Shown: positions 1-9,365 of the stretch, in pieces | How positions within the stretch are numbered: the stretch's first letter is position 1 | Layout: the number at the start of each line of letters is the position of its first letter | Origin: Minisyncoccota bacterium | Lineage (GTDB): Bacteria > Patescibacteriota > Minisyncoccia > Phycocordibacterales > SBAW01 | DNA length: 64,000 nt | Assembly: GCA_018060985.1 (NCBI GenBank) | Contig: JAGOUZ010000002.1 | Coordinates: 26,396-90,395, forward strand | Direction: 5' to 3' | Made by a program: the position numbers and the translations under genes | The notes under the pieces: model-generated | Databases searched by the model: none | Seen by the model: only the letters and a program-made list of their open reading frames with translations | What the model was told of the DNA's origin: nothing

Positions 1-89
1 CTATCATACCGTTTGCGGGTGCCGATGCCTCAGTTAACCTCATAGGTAAGTGGAATGATCTCGGACTTCTTGTCGGGCTTCTTCTCCTT

Positions 90-1895
90 ATGCTTACCAT
101 CGACCTAGAACTGTCGGCTCTTACTCCGATCAGGTTTATGCTCTCCATCGGAGCCGCTGTTGTAGCGCTTATCGTCCTCATCTTCGTGAACTTTACTATG
201 GTGTGGAGCCTTATTCTTGGATTCTCCATTGCCCTCACGCTCATCAAGTTTATGAGCCGAAGAGGGGAGCGCCAGCAGGATGCCCATGCAGCGATGTCAC
301 TGTTTGGGGCCGGTAGCATGATCCCTATGTATGCCATAGGTCTTGCGCTTATTTCTCTCACCTTTGTCTTTTTCGGAGCAAAATTCAACGAATGGGCAAC
401 CGGTGTATTTCCTGTTTCCTCTATAGAAGTAAGACCTTCAGCGGGTTCAACGTACGACATTGTTACCGCAGCACAAGCTGGCTCGGCCAAGAATCTCTTC
501 TTTGGCACCGGACCTAATACCTTTACCGACGCGTGGCTTGCCTACAAACCGGCAGAGGTAAATCAGTCTGCGTTCTGGAGCTTAGACTTTAACGTCGGCT
601 TCTCTACGCTCCTTACCGCCTTGGGTACCGTCGGGTTCATCGGCGCACTCGTGTGGCTTCTACCGCTCTTTCTTGTGGTGGGAGGTGCTGTGCGTGCAGT
701 GCGCCTTGGAGTACTTTCTCGTGAAGAAAGGGTTGTAGCGATCACCATCACGTTTGCCAGCATCTTTCTTATGGCAGGTGTTTTGTTTTATGTGCCAAGT
801 CAAAGCTTAGTGCTCCTTACGCTTATATTAGCTGGAGCCGCCTTCGGCTTTCTGTGGCGCCAAGGACAGAGTCAGCAAGAAGATTACGTACCTTCACGTC
901 TAGGACTCCTCGCTTCAGGCTTGTTAGCACTACTCCTTATTGTGGTTGTAGTTGGTAGTTCCTTCATTACCGGTCGCCGCCTTATTGCCCAAGCACATAT
1001 ACAGAGTGGCCTTCAGGCTCTGTCAGCTCAAGACGGTGACAAGGCTCGCGCCTCCGCTGCAAAATCACTGGGAGTAGAAACAACGGGAGAGGCTCTTCGT
1101 CTAGCAATTGACGCAAGCAATCTAAAACTTCAAATACTTGCTCAGACAGAACCGGCTCCGCAGGATGTTGCGACCGTTCAGCAACAGTTTGCCGGGCTTG
1201 TGCAAGAAGCCGTTGGCTATGGTCAGCAGGCGCTTGCGTTCAACAACAAAGATTATCGATCTCAGTTGGCGCTCGGCCGCGTGTATGAGTTCCTCGCGTC
1301 TCTTAACGTGGAAGGTGCGTACGAAAGCGCTAAGGCGTCATATCAAGCCAGTGTCTCGCTTAACCCAACTAATCCAACTATTCCGCTTATTCTTGCCCGT
1401 CTCGAAAGTTCAAAAAATAACATGGCGCTTGCCCAGGAGCAGGTTACAAAATCTCTCACGCTTAAGCCTAACTACACCGACGCCATTCTGTTTGTCGTGC
1501 AACTCAACGTTGCAAATAACGATATTCCTAAGGCTATAGAGGCTGCGATTGCTGCTGCCCAAACAGCCCCAGGTGTAGCACCAATTTGGTTCCAGCTAGG
1601 CCTCTTGTACTACGCTTCTGCTGATACTTCTAAAGCGATACAGGCTCTTGAACAGGCTGTCCGCATTGTGCCGGAATACGCTAACGCTAAGTACTTCCTC
1701 GGTCTCTCGTACAATGCACAAAAGCGCACGCAGGACGCCATTCTCGTATTTGAGGATCTAGCTCGCACCAACCCAGATAATGCAGAAATAGCGCTCATAC
1801 TCGGCAACCTAAGAGCTGGCAAAGCGCCGTTTGAAGGGGCCACACCACCGGTCACTCCTCCGGAAGATCGTCCAGTGGCACCGGTATCGGAGTAA
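90..1895 (+). CDS. Polytopic membrane protein, O-antigen-ligase-like (Wzy_C-type) N-terminal region with C-terminal TPR repeats
   Basis: 601 aa ORF. About 10 predicted TM helices, then a C-terminal TPR-like repeat region (LALGRVYEF..., PIWFQLGLLYYASADTSKAIQALEQA..., AKYFLGLSYNAQ). This architecture is common in CPR O-antigen ligase family proteins. The start may lie upstream or be frameshifted, because a hydrophobic stretch precedes the ATG. Confidence 0.5.
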   Translation: MLTIDLELSALTPIRFMLSIGAAVVALIVLIFVNFTMVWSLILGFSIALTLIKFMSRRGERQQDAHAAMSLFGAGSMIPMYAIGLALISLTFVFFGAKFNEWATGVFPVSSIEVRPSAGSTYDIVTAAQAGSAKNLFFGTGPNTFTDAWLAYKPAEVNQSAFWSLDFNVGFSTLLTALGTVGFIGALVWLLPLFLVVGGAVRAVRLGVLSREERVVAITITFASIFLMAGVLFYVPSQSLVLLTLILAGAAFGFLWRQGQSQQEDYVPSRLGLLASGLLALLLIVVVVGSSFITGRRLIAQAHIQSGLQALSAQDGDKARASAAKSLGVETTGEALRLAIDASNLKLQILAQTEPAPQDVATVQQQFAGLVQEAVGYGQQALAFNNKDYRSQLALGRVYEFLASLNVEGAYESAKASYQASVSLNPTNPTIPLILARLESSKNNMALAQEQVTKSLTLKPNYTDAILFVVQLNVANNDIPKAIEAAIAAAQTAPGVAPIWFQLGLLYYASADTSKAIQALEQAVRIVPEYANAKYFLGLSYNAQKRTQDAILVFEDLARTNPDNAEIALILGNLRAGKAPFEGATPPVTPPEDRPVAPVSE

Positions 1896-1947
1896 TTGGG
1901 TAAAAAAGGCCTAGTAAAGCCCTGCAATCAGGAGTAAAGTAGTAGGA

Positions 1948-3642
1948 ATGCATCGTTTATTTGCTGTCGTGGGGTTAGAAGTTAAGGGCATGCACCACGC
2001 AGCATATGTGCTCGCTGGCTTTGCTCTCGGCTCTCAACTTCTCGCACTCATACGCGATCGTTTGCTAGCCTCGTCTTTTGGCGCAGGCCAGACACTCGAC
2101 CTCTACTACGCTGCATTCCGCATCCCAGACCTTCTGTTTGTAGGTGTTGCGTCACTTCTCTCACTGTACGCACTCCTCCCGGTCCTCTCTAAGTTAGAGA
2201 GTGAGAATCCGGGGTTAGTTATAGCGTTTATGCGCAAAATGCTCATCCTCTTTTTTGTGGGGATGAGCATTGTTTGTGCTATTGCGTACGTATTTGCGCC
2301 GCAGCTGATTTCATTGGTGGTGCCTGGGTTAGCAGATGAGCCGGCACGTTTTGCGGAACTTGTATTTCTGACACAGATTCTACTGTTACAACCCATTCTG
2401 CTTGGGTTTTCAAACCTGCTCGCCAACCTTACGCAGCTTCGTCATCGCTTTATACTTTATTCCATCTCGCCTCTGCTGTATAACCTCGGCATTATCGGGG
2501 GCATACTCTTTCTGTATCCGAAAATGGGGCTTCCGGGCCTAGTGTGGGGCGTGTGTTTGGGCGCGCTTCTTCATGCGCTGGTACAACTTCCGTTCTTTAC
2601 CCTCGAGCGGGAGACAGTGCGCCTTCCGTGGGCGCGCACCTGGAAGCACTTTAAGGAAGTTCTCATACTTTCAGTACCACGGACTTTTTCGCTTGCTGCA
2701 GGGCAGATCTCTCTCTTGTGCGTCATCGCTGTTGCCTCGCTTTTGCCCGCTGGGTCAATCTCGGTATTTACCTTTGCGTGGAACCTCCAGGCGGTTCCAC
2801 TCACTATTATAGGTGTTTCGTATTCAGTTGCGGCCTTTCCAACGCTTGCTCGCTTTTTTGCAGGGCAAAAAAGCCTGGAGTTTGTCCGCCATGTCGAAGC
2901 AGCGATTCGCCACATCATATTTTGGTCCCTCCCCGCGATCGTACTCATTGTGGTGCTTCGCGCTCACATCGTGCGTGTAATCCTCGGCTTCGGCGCATTC
3001 GATTGGTCGGCAACCAGGCTGGTTGCCGCGGCGTTGGCACTGCTCGTACTTTCTCTCACGGCGCAGAGTATCTCCCTCCTTATTGCCCGGGCATACTATG
3101 CGGCGGGGAATACCGTAAAACCCCTTGTGCTGGCCGTTATAGAAGTGGCCGTTTCGGTTGTTGCTGCGCTATCGCTTGTAGTTGCTTTTGACCACTATCC
3201 GTTATTGCGTAGTACGGTTGAAATGATGCTCCGTGTAGACGATGTGCCAGGTACTGCCGTCTTGATGCTCGCGCTAGGGCTTACGTTGGGGGCCATTGCA
3301 CGCTTTTCCGTAGGTCTTGCCCTGCTAGCCCGAGATTTCAGTATTCCGCTTGGTCCTGCGAGACGTCTCTTTTTTGAGAGCCTTACCGCCTCTGTAACGG
3401 GAGGTGTGGCTGCCTACGGCACGCTTCAGCTTTTTGACCCCCTGGTCGACACCTCTACCGTGCCCGGTATTCTGACTCAGGGTTTTGCCGCGGGTACTAT
3501 GGGTCTCTTGGCTGCAGCAGCCATACTATATATTCTCAAGAGTAAAGAATTAGTAGAAATTGTGAGTGCTGCACGGCAAAAACTCGTGGGAACAGAACAG
3601 GTTGCGGTTGAGCCCTCTGATATGGCGCAAGTTCCCAAATAA
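1948..3642 (+). CDS. murJ: Lipid II flippase MurJ (MviN family)
   Basis: 564 aa, about 14 TM helices. N-terminal LDLYYAAFRIPDLLF and overall MviN/MurJ layout. The true start may be an internal Met. Confidence 0.8.
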   Translation: MHRLFAVVGLEVKGMHHAAYVLAGFALGSQLLALIRDRLLASSFGAGQTLDLYYAAFRIPDLLFVGVASLLSLYALLPVLSKLESENPGLVIAFMRKMLILFFVGMSIVCAIAYVFAPQLISLVVPGLADEPARFAELVFLTQILLLQPILLGFSNLLANLTQLRHRFILYSISPLLYNLGIIGGILFLYPKMGLPGLVWGVCLGALLHALVQLPFFTLERETVRLPWARTWKHFKEVLILSVPRTFSLAAGQISLLCVIAVASLLPAGSISVFTFAWNLQAVPLTIIGVSYSVAAFPTLARFFAGQKSLEFVRHVEAAIRHIIFWSLPAIVLIVVLRAHIVRVILGFGAFDWSATRLVAAALALLVLSLTAQSISLLIARAYYAAGNTVKPLVLAVIEVAVSVVAALSLVVAFDHYPLLRSTVEMMLRVDDVPGTAVLMLALGLTLGAIARFSVGLALLARDFSIPLGPARRLFFESLTASVTGGVAAYGTLQLFDPLVDTSTVPGILTQGFAAGTMGLLAAAAILYILKSKELVEIVSAARQKLVGTEQVAVEPSDMAQVPK

Positions 3643-3657
3643 CGGTACAGTCTCTTT

Positions 3658-5448
3658 GTGCAACAGATACGAAATTTTTCAATCATAGCCCACATCGACC
3701 ACGGTAAAAGCACCTTGGCCGACCGCTTTTTGGAGGTGACTAAGACCATCGAAAAGCGCAAAATGCGCGACCAGGTCTTGGACTCGATGGAGCTTGAGCG
3801 CGAGCGCGGCATCACCATTAAGATGCAGCCGGTCCGAATGGAGTGGGAGCATGATACAAAAAACTACGAGCTCAACCTGATCGACACGCCAGGTCATATC
3901 GACTTTTCATATGAAGTGTCGCGTGCACTTTCTGCAGTAGAGGGCGCAGTACTTCTCGTTGATGCTACGCAGGGTGTGCAGGCGCAAACGCTTACCACAC
4001 TCCGCTCGGCGCAGGCGCTCGGCCTTGCGATTATTCCTGCTATTTCCAAAATAGATTCGCCGCTCGCGCGTGTTGCTGATGTTAAGTCACAAGTTGCGCG
4101 CCTGCTTGGTGTGGAAGAAGATCAGATCCTCATGTGTTCCGGCAGAACAGGGGAGGGTGTCGACAAACTTCTCGACGCCATTATTGAGCGCGTGCCACCG
4201 CCTAAAGTATCTAACTCCGCAGCCTCGTCTCCGCGCGCGCTTATTTTCGACTTCCAATACTCAGACCATCAGGGCGTGATTGTGTATTTGCGTGTAGTTG
4301 AGGGAAGTATAAAAAAAGGCGATTCACTCGAGTTTACCGCGAGCGGAAAAACATTTACATGTCTCGATGTAGGAACGTTTTCTCCGCAGCCAAAATCAAC
4401 TGGCACACTGAACGAAGGTTCGATCGGCTACATTGTGACCGGCATTAAAGAGCCGGGTTTTGCACGTGTCGGCGATACCATCCGTGCGCGTCTTTCTCGT
4501 GTGCCAGGCCTCTCTGGATATGCAGAACCAAAGCCAGTGGTATGGGCGAGTGTGTATCCAGAATCGCAGGATGACTTTACCGCGCTTCGCCAGGCACTCA
4601 CGCGTTTGCGTTTAAGCGACTCATCGCTATCGTTTGAAGAAGAGTCATCAGGCATGCTTGGTCGCGGGTATCGTTGCGGGCTTCTTGGTATGCTCCACTT
4701 GGAAATTGTGACTGAGCGCCTTAAGCGCGAATTTAATTTGTCTCTGGTCGTAACAACGCCGACGATTACTTACGAAGTTGAGACTCGTGATGGCAAACGT
4801 CACACGGTATACTCGCCGTCGATGTTCCCGCCGTTTGGCGAGATAACACAGGTGTGGGAGCCAATGGTGGTGGCAGAGATTATTGTGCCTGCAGAATACC
4901 TTGGCGCAGCCACGTCACTCCTGTACGACCACGAAGCTCGCGTTGAAGCAACAGAAAACTTTTCCGAAGGCCGTATGATGCTACGGGTGTTGATGCCGCT
5001 GCGCGAACTCATGCGCGGATTTTTCGATAAACTTAAAAGTATCTCGCAAGGCTACGCCTCTATTTCTTACGAGCTGCGCGAATTGCAGGTTGCCGACGTA
5101 GTGCGTCTCGATGTCTTGGTGGCAGAAGAAGTAGTGCCAGCGTTTACGCGCGTCGTGGCGCGTCAGCGCGTGTACGATGAGGCCGTGGCCGCAGTAGAAA
5201 AGCTGTATACTATTTTGCCGCGCCAAATGTTTGCCGCCAAAATTCAAGGAGAGGCGCTTGGCCGGGTGATGGCCTCGCGTACGCTCCCCGCAATGAGCAA
5301 GAATGTTACTCAGCACATGTACGGCGGCGACCGCACCCGCAAGATGAAGCTCTGGAAGAAACAGAAAGAGGGTAAGGCAAAGATGAAGGATCGCGGAACG
5401 GTCAATATCCCTAGCGAAGTCTTCTTAAAAATGGTCCGGGGCGAATAG
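3658..5448 (+). CDS. lepA: Elongation factor 4 (LepA)
   Basis: N-terminus [28 protein letters not shown] and G-domain motifs. Conserved LepA C-terminal domain. 596 aa. Confidence 0.95.
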   Translation: MQQIRNFSIIAHIDHGKSTLADRFLEVTKTIEKRKMRDQVLDSMELERERGITIKMQPVRMEWEHDTKNYELNLIDTPGHIDFSYEVSRALSAVEGAVLLVDATQGVQAQTLTTLRSAQALGLAIIPAISKIDSPLARVADVKSQVARLLGVEEDQILMCSGRTGEGVDKLLDAIIERVPPPKVSNSAASSPRALIFDFQYSDHQGVIVYLRVVEGSIKKGDSLEFTASGKTFTCLDVGTFSPQPKSTGTLNEGSIGYIVTGIKEPGFARVGDTIRARLSRVPGLSGYAEPKPVVWASVYPESQDDFTALRQALTRLRLSDSSLSFEEESSGMLGRGYRCGLLGMLHLEIVTERLKREFNLSLVVTTPTITYEVETRDGKRHTVYSPSMFPPFGEITQVWEPMVVAEIIVPAEYLGAATSLLYDHEARVEATENFSEGRMMLRVLMPLRELMRGFFDKLKSISQGYASISYELRELQVADVVRLDVLVAEEVVPAFTRVVARQRVYDEAVAAVEKLYTILPRQMFAAKIQGEALGRVMASRTLPAMSKNVTQHMYGGDRTRKMKLWKKQKEGKAKMKDRGTVNIPSEVFLKMVRGE

Positions 5449-5513
5449 GGGAGAGGATATCCCCAGGCCCATTTTTGACAGGTCTATCGCGCCTCGTTAG
5501 TATAGCTAAGCAG

Positions 5514-5550
5514 GGCCGGTTCGCGCATCGTGCGCGGACCGGCTTTTCTC
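5514..5550 (+). terminator. Rho-independent terminator downstream of lepA
   Basis: GC-rich hairpin GGCCGGTTCGCGCA-tcg-TGCGCGGACCGGC followed by a TTTTCTCG T-tract. Confidence 0.55.
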
Positions 5551-5700
5551 GTCCACGTTTTCTACTTAAAAGAGAAGCGCAAAGGAGCCTGCGATCATAC
5601 TAACAATCACCACACCACCAATAATGATGCCGTAAATACGATTGTTGCGCTCCCGGTTATCTCCAAACATGCCAAACATATAAAAAATATCCTATCACGT

Positions 5701-6093
5701 ATGAACGATTATAGAAAGCCACAAACCAGTCATGACATCGCCCGATTTTTTGCGGGGGTAGGTGTGGTGCTTGTGCTTTTTGCAATCTCTACCGTTGCAG
5801 TTAAAGCGGCATACGGCATGTATCAAACCTTTAGTGTTGCAGCCGTTGAAGCAGATGGTGCTGCCGCAGAACTTACTGCTCTTCAAACTCAATACGCGCA
5901 GGTAAACGCAACGCTCGCATCGCTCGGCACATCACGCGGTGTAGAACAGGCGGTGCGCGAACGCTTTGGTGTCGTAAAGCCCGGGGAGGGCGAGATACGC
6001 ATAGTGCGTGACCAAGGTGTTACAGAAACTGATACTGGTGACGAAGAACGCAATACATTTATGCAGTTCTTTCAGTCGCTCCTAGTGTGGTAA
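5701..6093 (+). CDS. Septum formation initiator-like (FtsB/DivIC family) membrane protein
   Basis: Internal Met at 5701 (MNDYRKP...). One N-terminal TM helix (FFAGVGVVLVLFAI) followed by a coiled-coil. C-terminal RERFGVVKPGEGEIRIV resembles FtsB/DivIC. The ORF 5' extension back to 5530 overlaps the lepA terminator. Confidence 0.4.
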   Translation: MNDYRKPQTSHDIARFFAGVGVVLVLFAISTVAVKAAYGMYQTFSVAAVEADGAAAELTALQTQYAQVNATLASLGTSRGVEQAVRERFGVVKPGEGEIRIVRDQGVTETDTGDEERNTFMQFFQSLLVW

Positions 6094-6114
6094 ACTAGTC
6101 TTCGCAGAATCTTT

Positions 6115-6188
6115 GCGGGATTAGTTCAGTGGCAGAACGAGTGCTTCCCAAGCATTAGACGCGAGTTCGATTCTCGCATCCCGCACCC
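6115..6188 (+). tRNA. tRNA-Gly (anticodon CCC)
   Basis: Cloverleaf: acceptor GCGGGAT/ATCCCGC, D-arm GTTC..GAAC, anticodon loop TTCCCAA, T-arm GCGAG-TTCGATT-CTCGC. Confidence 0.85.
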
Positions 6189-6197
6189 GAGCAGACG

Positions 6198-6545
6198 CTA
6201 AAGATATTTTTCTCCGTAGGTACGCATGGCGCGCTCAATAGGACGTAGCCCTTTTCCTTTTTCGGTTACTGCATAAAAGATCTCATCTTTTTTATAGACA
6301 ATTTCTTCCTCCTCAAGCTGCTGAAGTTTGTTCGTTAGAGTGCGGGTCGAAATACCTTCAAGCGAGCGTTCGAGTTCGCAAAAACGCTTCGCGCTTTCGA
6401 GCAGGTCGCGCACGATAAGCATGGTCCATCGGTCGGAGAGAAGTGTCGCAGTCTTTTGGACCGGACAAGCTTTTTCTTTAGCACTCATATGAAAGAGAGT
6501 ATACCATTGGCTCACCACTTTACAAAGTAAAGCAAGTGTCCCCAA
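6198..6545 (-). CDS. HxlR-family winged-helix transcriptional regulator
   Basis: 115 aa. CPVQKTATLLSDRWTMLIVRDL...ISTRTLTNKLQQLEEEEIV matches the HxlR/MarR-type HTH. Confidence 0.8.
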   Translation of the reverse strand: MGTLALLCKVVSQWYTLFHMSAKEKACPVQKTATLLSDRWTMLIVRDLLESAKRFCELERSLEGISTRTLTNKLQQLEEEEIVYKKDEIFYAVTEKGKGLRPIERAMRTYGEKYL

Positions 6546-6612
6546 GTACGCTATTTACTTTACTAAGTAAAGCATGGAGGTACACTATCTGTACTAATCA
6601 GCTTATATTTTT

Positions 6613-7230
6613 ATGACATACGATACTCTTGCCACCGATGCAGTAATTGAGAAAACCCGAGAAGCTTTAAAGAATCGCAGTTTTGAATCCACGGTAGTTG
6701 CGACACGGTCCGAAGCACTTGAGCTAATCAAGACTTTTATTCCCGCAGGTGCGTCGGTGATGAATGGTGCCTCTCGCACGCTCGAAGAAATTGGTTTTAT
6801 CGAGTATCTAAAATCGGGCGCGCATGGATGGGACAATTTGCACGCTAAAGTTCTTGCAGAAAAGGATCCGCAAAAACAGGCACTCCTTCGTAAGCAATCA
6901 GTGCTGTCAGATTATTATTTGGGTAGCGTACATGCGGTCGCAGAAACCGGGGAGATTGTTATTGCCTCAAATACCGGGAGTCAGTTGCCGCACATCGTAT
7001 ACACCTCGCCCAACCTGATTTTTGTAGTCGGTACACAAAAAATTACGCCAACTCTTGAGGATGCGTTTGCTCGCGTACAAGAGCATGTAATACCGTTAGA
7101 AGATGCTCGTATGATGAGTGTCTACCAGTCTCACACCGCCCTTAATAAAGAACTGATCTTGCGGGGAGACCCGGCATTCCTAGGCCGGACCATACGGGTC
7201 ATATTTGTTAAAGAAAAGCTTGGGTTCTAG
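6613..7230 (+). CDS. LUD-domain protein (LutC/YkgG-like, DUF162)
   Basis: 205 aa. It is divergent from the HxlR regulator. Resembles lactate-utilisation LutC-like proteins (…GSVHAVAETGEIVIASNTGSQL…). Confidence 0.55.
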   Translation: MTYDTLATDAVIEKTREALKNRSFESTVVATRSEALELIKTFIPAGASVMNGASRTLEEIGFIEYLKSGAHGWDNLHAKVLAEKDPQKQALLRKQSVLSDYYLGSVHAVAETGEIVIASNTGSQLPHIVYTSPNLIFVVGTQKITPTLEDAFARVQEHVIPLEDARMMSVYQSHTALNKELILRGDPAFLGRTIRVIFVKEKLGF

Positions 7231-7277
7231 GCGGATCAAATGATATACTTATTAGGTCTTTAGCTAATATTGTTACT

Positions 7278-7520
7278 ATGAATAAGCATGTAACCATTTA
7301 TTCGACCCCGACGTGCCACTTTTGCCACATGGCAAAGGAGTTTTTCACTGAAAAGGGGATAGAGTTTACCGCCTATGACGTCGCAAGCGATGCGGCAAAG
7401 CGTCAGGAGATGATCCAGATGACAGGCCAGCTCGGCGTACCCGTTATAGTTATAGGAGACGACGTCATGGTAGGCTTTGATCGAAATAAACTCGCTACCA
7501 AGCTCGGCGTAGAAGCATAA
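7278..7520 (+). CDS. Glutaredoxin-like protein (NrdH/YruB-type thioredoxin fold)
   Basis: 80 aa. CHFC active site near the N-terminus (TIYSTPTCHFCHMAKEFF) and a C-terminal GVPVIVIGD motif. Confidence 0.75.
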   Translation: MNKHVTIYSTPTCHFCHMAKEFFTEKGIEFTAYDVASDAAKRQEMIQMTGQLGVPVIVIGDDVMVGFDRNKLATKLGVEA

Positions 7521-7564
7521 GGTTATAGCAAAACGCGCCGCAGGGCGCGTTCTTGCGTAGTTTG

Positions 7565-7636
7565 TGCCCCCACCAGGAATCGAACCCAGATCTCTTCCTT
7601 AGGACGGAATTGCTCTATCCATTGAGCTATGAGGGC
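7565..7636 (-). tRNA. tRNA-Arg (anticodon CCT)
   Basis: Reverse complement GCCCTCATAGCTCAATGGATAGAGC-A-ATTCC-GTCCTAA-GGAAG...TTCGATTCCTGG-TGGGGGC-A. Loop gives CCT. Confidence 0.75.
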
Positions 7637-7673
7637 AATGAGAGCAATTTAACACGTCTGTTATACTTTATAA

Positions 7674-7943
7674 ATGGAGCACGAAATAGAGGAGCTAAAA
7701 CAGCTCGTCCGGAGGAATATCGAACTCACTAAAGAGACTCGTGACATCGTAGACAAGATGCATCGCTCAAACCGTCGCAGTACCATACTGCGTTGGGGGT
7801 GGCGTATTGCCGTATTCACGGGTGCCGCCTATGCCTACTACCAGTTTGTCTGGCCCTACGTGCAGAGGGTGCAAGATGCCGCCTCGAGCATACAAAGCGG
7901 GGGCAGCCAGTTTATGGAATTCTTCAAAATCTTCGGAAATTAG
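7674..7943 (+). CDS. Hypothetical small membrane protein
   Basis: 89 aa. N-terminal coiled-coil, then one hydrophobic helix (WRIAVFTGAAYAYYQFVW). Support is ORF plus context only. Confidence 0.3.
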   Translation: MEHEIEELKQLVRRNIELTKETRDIVDKMHRSNRRSTILRWGWRIAVFTGAAYAYYQFVWPYVQRVQDAASSIQSGGSQFMEFFKIFGN

Positions 7944-7948
7944 GAGGG

Positions 7949-8023
7949 AAAACAGGGTGCTTGGGGCCGGGCTCGAACCGGCGACATCTTCCTCTTCAGG
8001 GAAGCGCTCTACCAACTGAGCTA
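7949..8023 (-). tRNA. tRNA-Phe (anticodon GAA)
   Basis: Reverse complement GCTTGGGTAGCTCAGTTGGTAGAGC-G-CTTCC-CTGAAGA-GGAAG-AGATGTC-GCCGG-TTCGAGC-CCGGC-CCCAAGC-A. Unusual 7-nt variable loop. Confidence 0.8.
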
Positions 8024-8047
8024 CCCAAGCAGTGGAGCGATTCTACT

Positions 8048-8563
8048 TTAATTTGAGCGAACTTTCAATTTAGCAGCGCGGCCCTTATCGAGCTTCGGCA
8101 AACGGATGATAAGAAGGCCATGTTTCTCACTTGCCTCGGCTTCTTCGAGGTCTATTTCCTGTGGGAGCACAATCGTACGGCTAAACGAGCCCCAATAGAG
8201 CTCCTGGAAGAAAAACTCGCTATTTGCTCCTTCTGCATGCTGTTCGCGCTTGCCACGGATGGTCACCATATCGCGCGTAATAGACACATCAAGGTCTTCG
8301 GGCCTAACCCCAGCTATCATGGCTTTAATAATGATATGGGTAGAGGTTTGGTAGACGTCTATTGAGAGCTCGCCGTCCATCGGTTCTTCTGGCACAAGCT
8401 CAGGCATAGCTTGCTGCTGTATAGGGACACGTTTAGAGGAGGTAGAGGCTGAGCGCGTAGGAATCGTCCCCGAACCGGTTTCGAGGTCGTCAAAAGAATA
8501 GTCTTGTTCTGCGCTTGCGCTGCCGGTTAGCCAATCAAATAGGGATTTTTTATTACGTGCCAT
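8048..8563 (-). CDS. Small heat-shock protein (Hsp20/alpha-crystallin family)
   Basis: 171 aa. The alpha-crystallin domain pattern (…VYQTSTHIIIKAMIAGVRPEDLDVSI…LLIIRLPK) is recognisable. Confidence 0.8.
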   Translation of the reverse strand: MARNKKSLFDWLTGSASAEQDYSFDDLETGSGTIPTRSASTSSKRVPIQQQAMPELVPEEPMDGELSIDVYQTSTHIIIKAMIAGVRPEDLDVSITRDMVTIRGKREQHAEGANSEFFFQELYWGSFSRTIVLPQEIDLEEAEASEKHGLLIIRLPKLDKGRAAKLKVRSN

Positions 8564-8599
8564 GAGAAAAAGGAAAATTTAAGTCGCTTAACAATAAAA

Positions 8600-8670
8600 C
8601 TTAACAGTTATATTGTTTTCGTTCGCTCGGATATAACTAAAGTTATATCACTCGCTCGCTCAACAATAAT
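8600..8670. promoter_or_regulatory. Inverted-repeat operator candidates in the hsp20 upstream region
   Basis: Perfect IR GATATAACT-aa-AGTTATATC at about 8630-8650. Repeated AACAATA / TATTGTT half-sites at about 8590-8665, just upstream of the hsp20 start. Confidence 0.25.
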
Positions 8671-9346
8671 CGCGCGACGGTTGCTTTATGCGCTCTATTA
8701 AAAGAAGCGCTCCCACAATGCCAAGCCAGAGAATGAGGAAAATCCAGAATATCGAACTGCCGCCTTGGCCCAGTATAGACAAGTTAAAACCCGCATGCAA
8801 CAACGAAGCGAGGATAACTCCTCCTATGGCAGCTACACGGCGTACAGTGGCGCTTTGGTAATAGGTAAAGGCGATTGCGAGGCCGATGGTAGCAGAACAA
8901 AGGGTGTGCAGAAGCGTTGCGCCGACAAAACGGAGGTCGCCGGTAATAATTGTCTGCAGCCAATTGCCGGTTTCAAGCGGAGACATTATAAAAAGCACGT
9001 TCTCAAGCGCCGCAAAGCCCAGCGCTGCCGTTACCATGTAAATTACGGCGTCGAGCGGCTCGTCAAACACGCTCCAACGCAGAGCGCCCAGGTATGCTGC
9101 GCCAAATTTAAGCACTTCTTCTATGACCGCCCACGATACAAGAAGCATCGGCCCTGTAAAATAGCCGGCCGCAAAGCGCTCTGCCTCAAGAACAAAGGGT
9201 ATGGAGAGCATGCCGAGGACGAAACACAGAAAAATGTAGCGTTTAGGCTCCGGCTCGCAGCGATCTTCAAGTAGCCAAAAGGTAAGCCACAACAGTGCCG
9301 GCAAAACGCCGCCCAAAAAGGCTATAAGTAACACTGGCTCGAACAT
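8660..9346 (-). CDS. PrsW-family intramembrane metalloprotease
   Basis: Multi-TM. Conserved EEVLKFG and FAALEN motifs typical of PrsW (anti-sigma protease) family. Start placed at Met MFEPVLL to avoid overlap with valS. Confidence 0.6.
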   Translation of the reverse strand: MFEPVLLIAFLGGVLPALLWLTFWLLEDRCEPEPKRYIFLCFVLGMLSIPFVLEAERFAAGYFTGPMLLVSWAVIEEVLKFGAAYLGALRWSVFDEPLDAVIYMVTAALGFAALENVLFIMSPLETGNWLQTIITGDLRFVGATLLHTLCSATIGLAIAFTYYQSATVRRVAAIGGVILASLLHAGFNLSILGQGGSSIFWIFLILWLGIVGALLLIERIKQPSRDYC

Positions 9347-9365
9347 GCACCTATTGTAGCGCGGT

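Noticed and set aside
5560-5700. 37-aa hydrophobic minus-strand sORF (MFGMFGDNRERNNRIYGIIIGGVVIVSMIAGSFALLF) between lepA and the FtsB-like gene
   Set aside because: Only a weak AGGA-like SD. It overlaps the probable promoter region of the downstream plus-strand gene. Not enough support to call.
7949-8023. Possible pseudo-tRNA or intron in tRNA-Phe because of its 75-nt length
   Set aside because: All stems pair canonically and the anticodon loop is normal. The extra 2 nt sit in a 7-nt variable loop. More likely a functional variant than a pseudogene.
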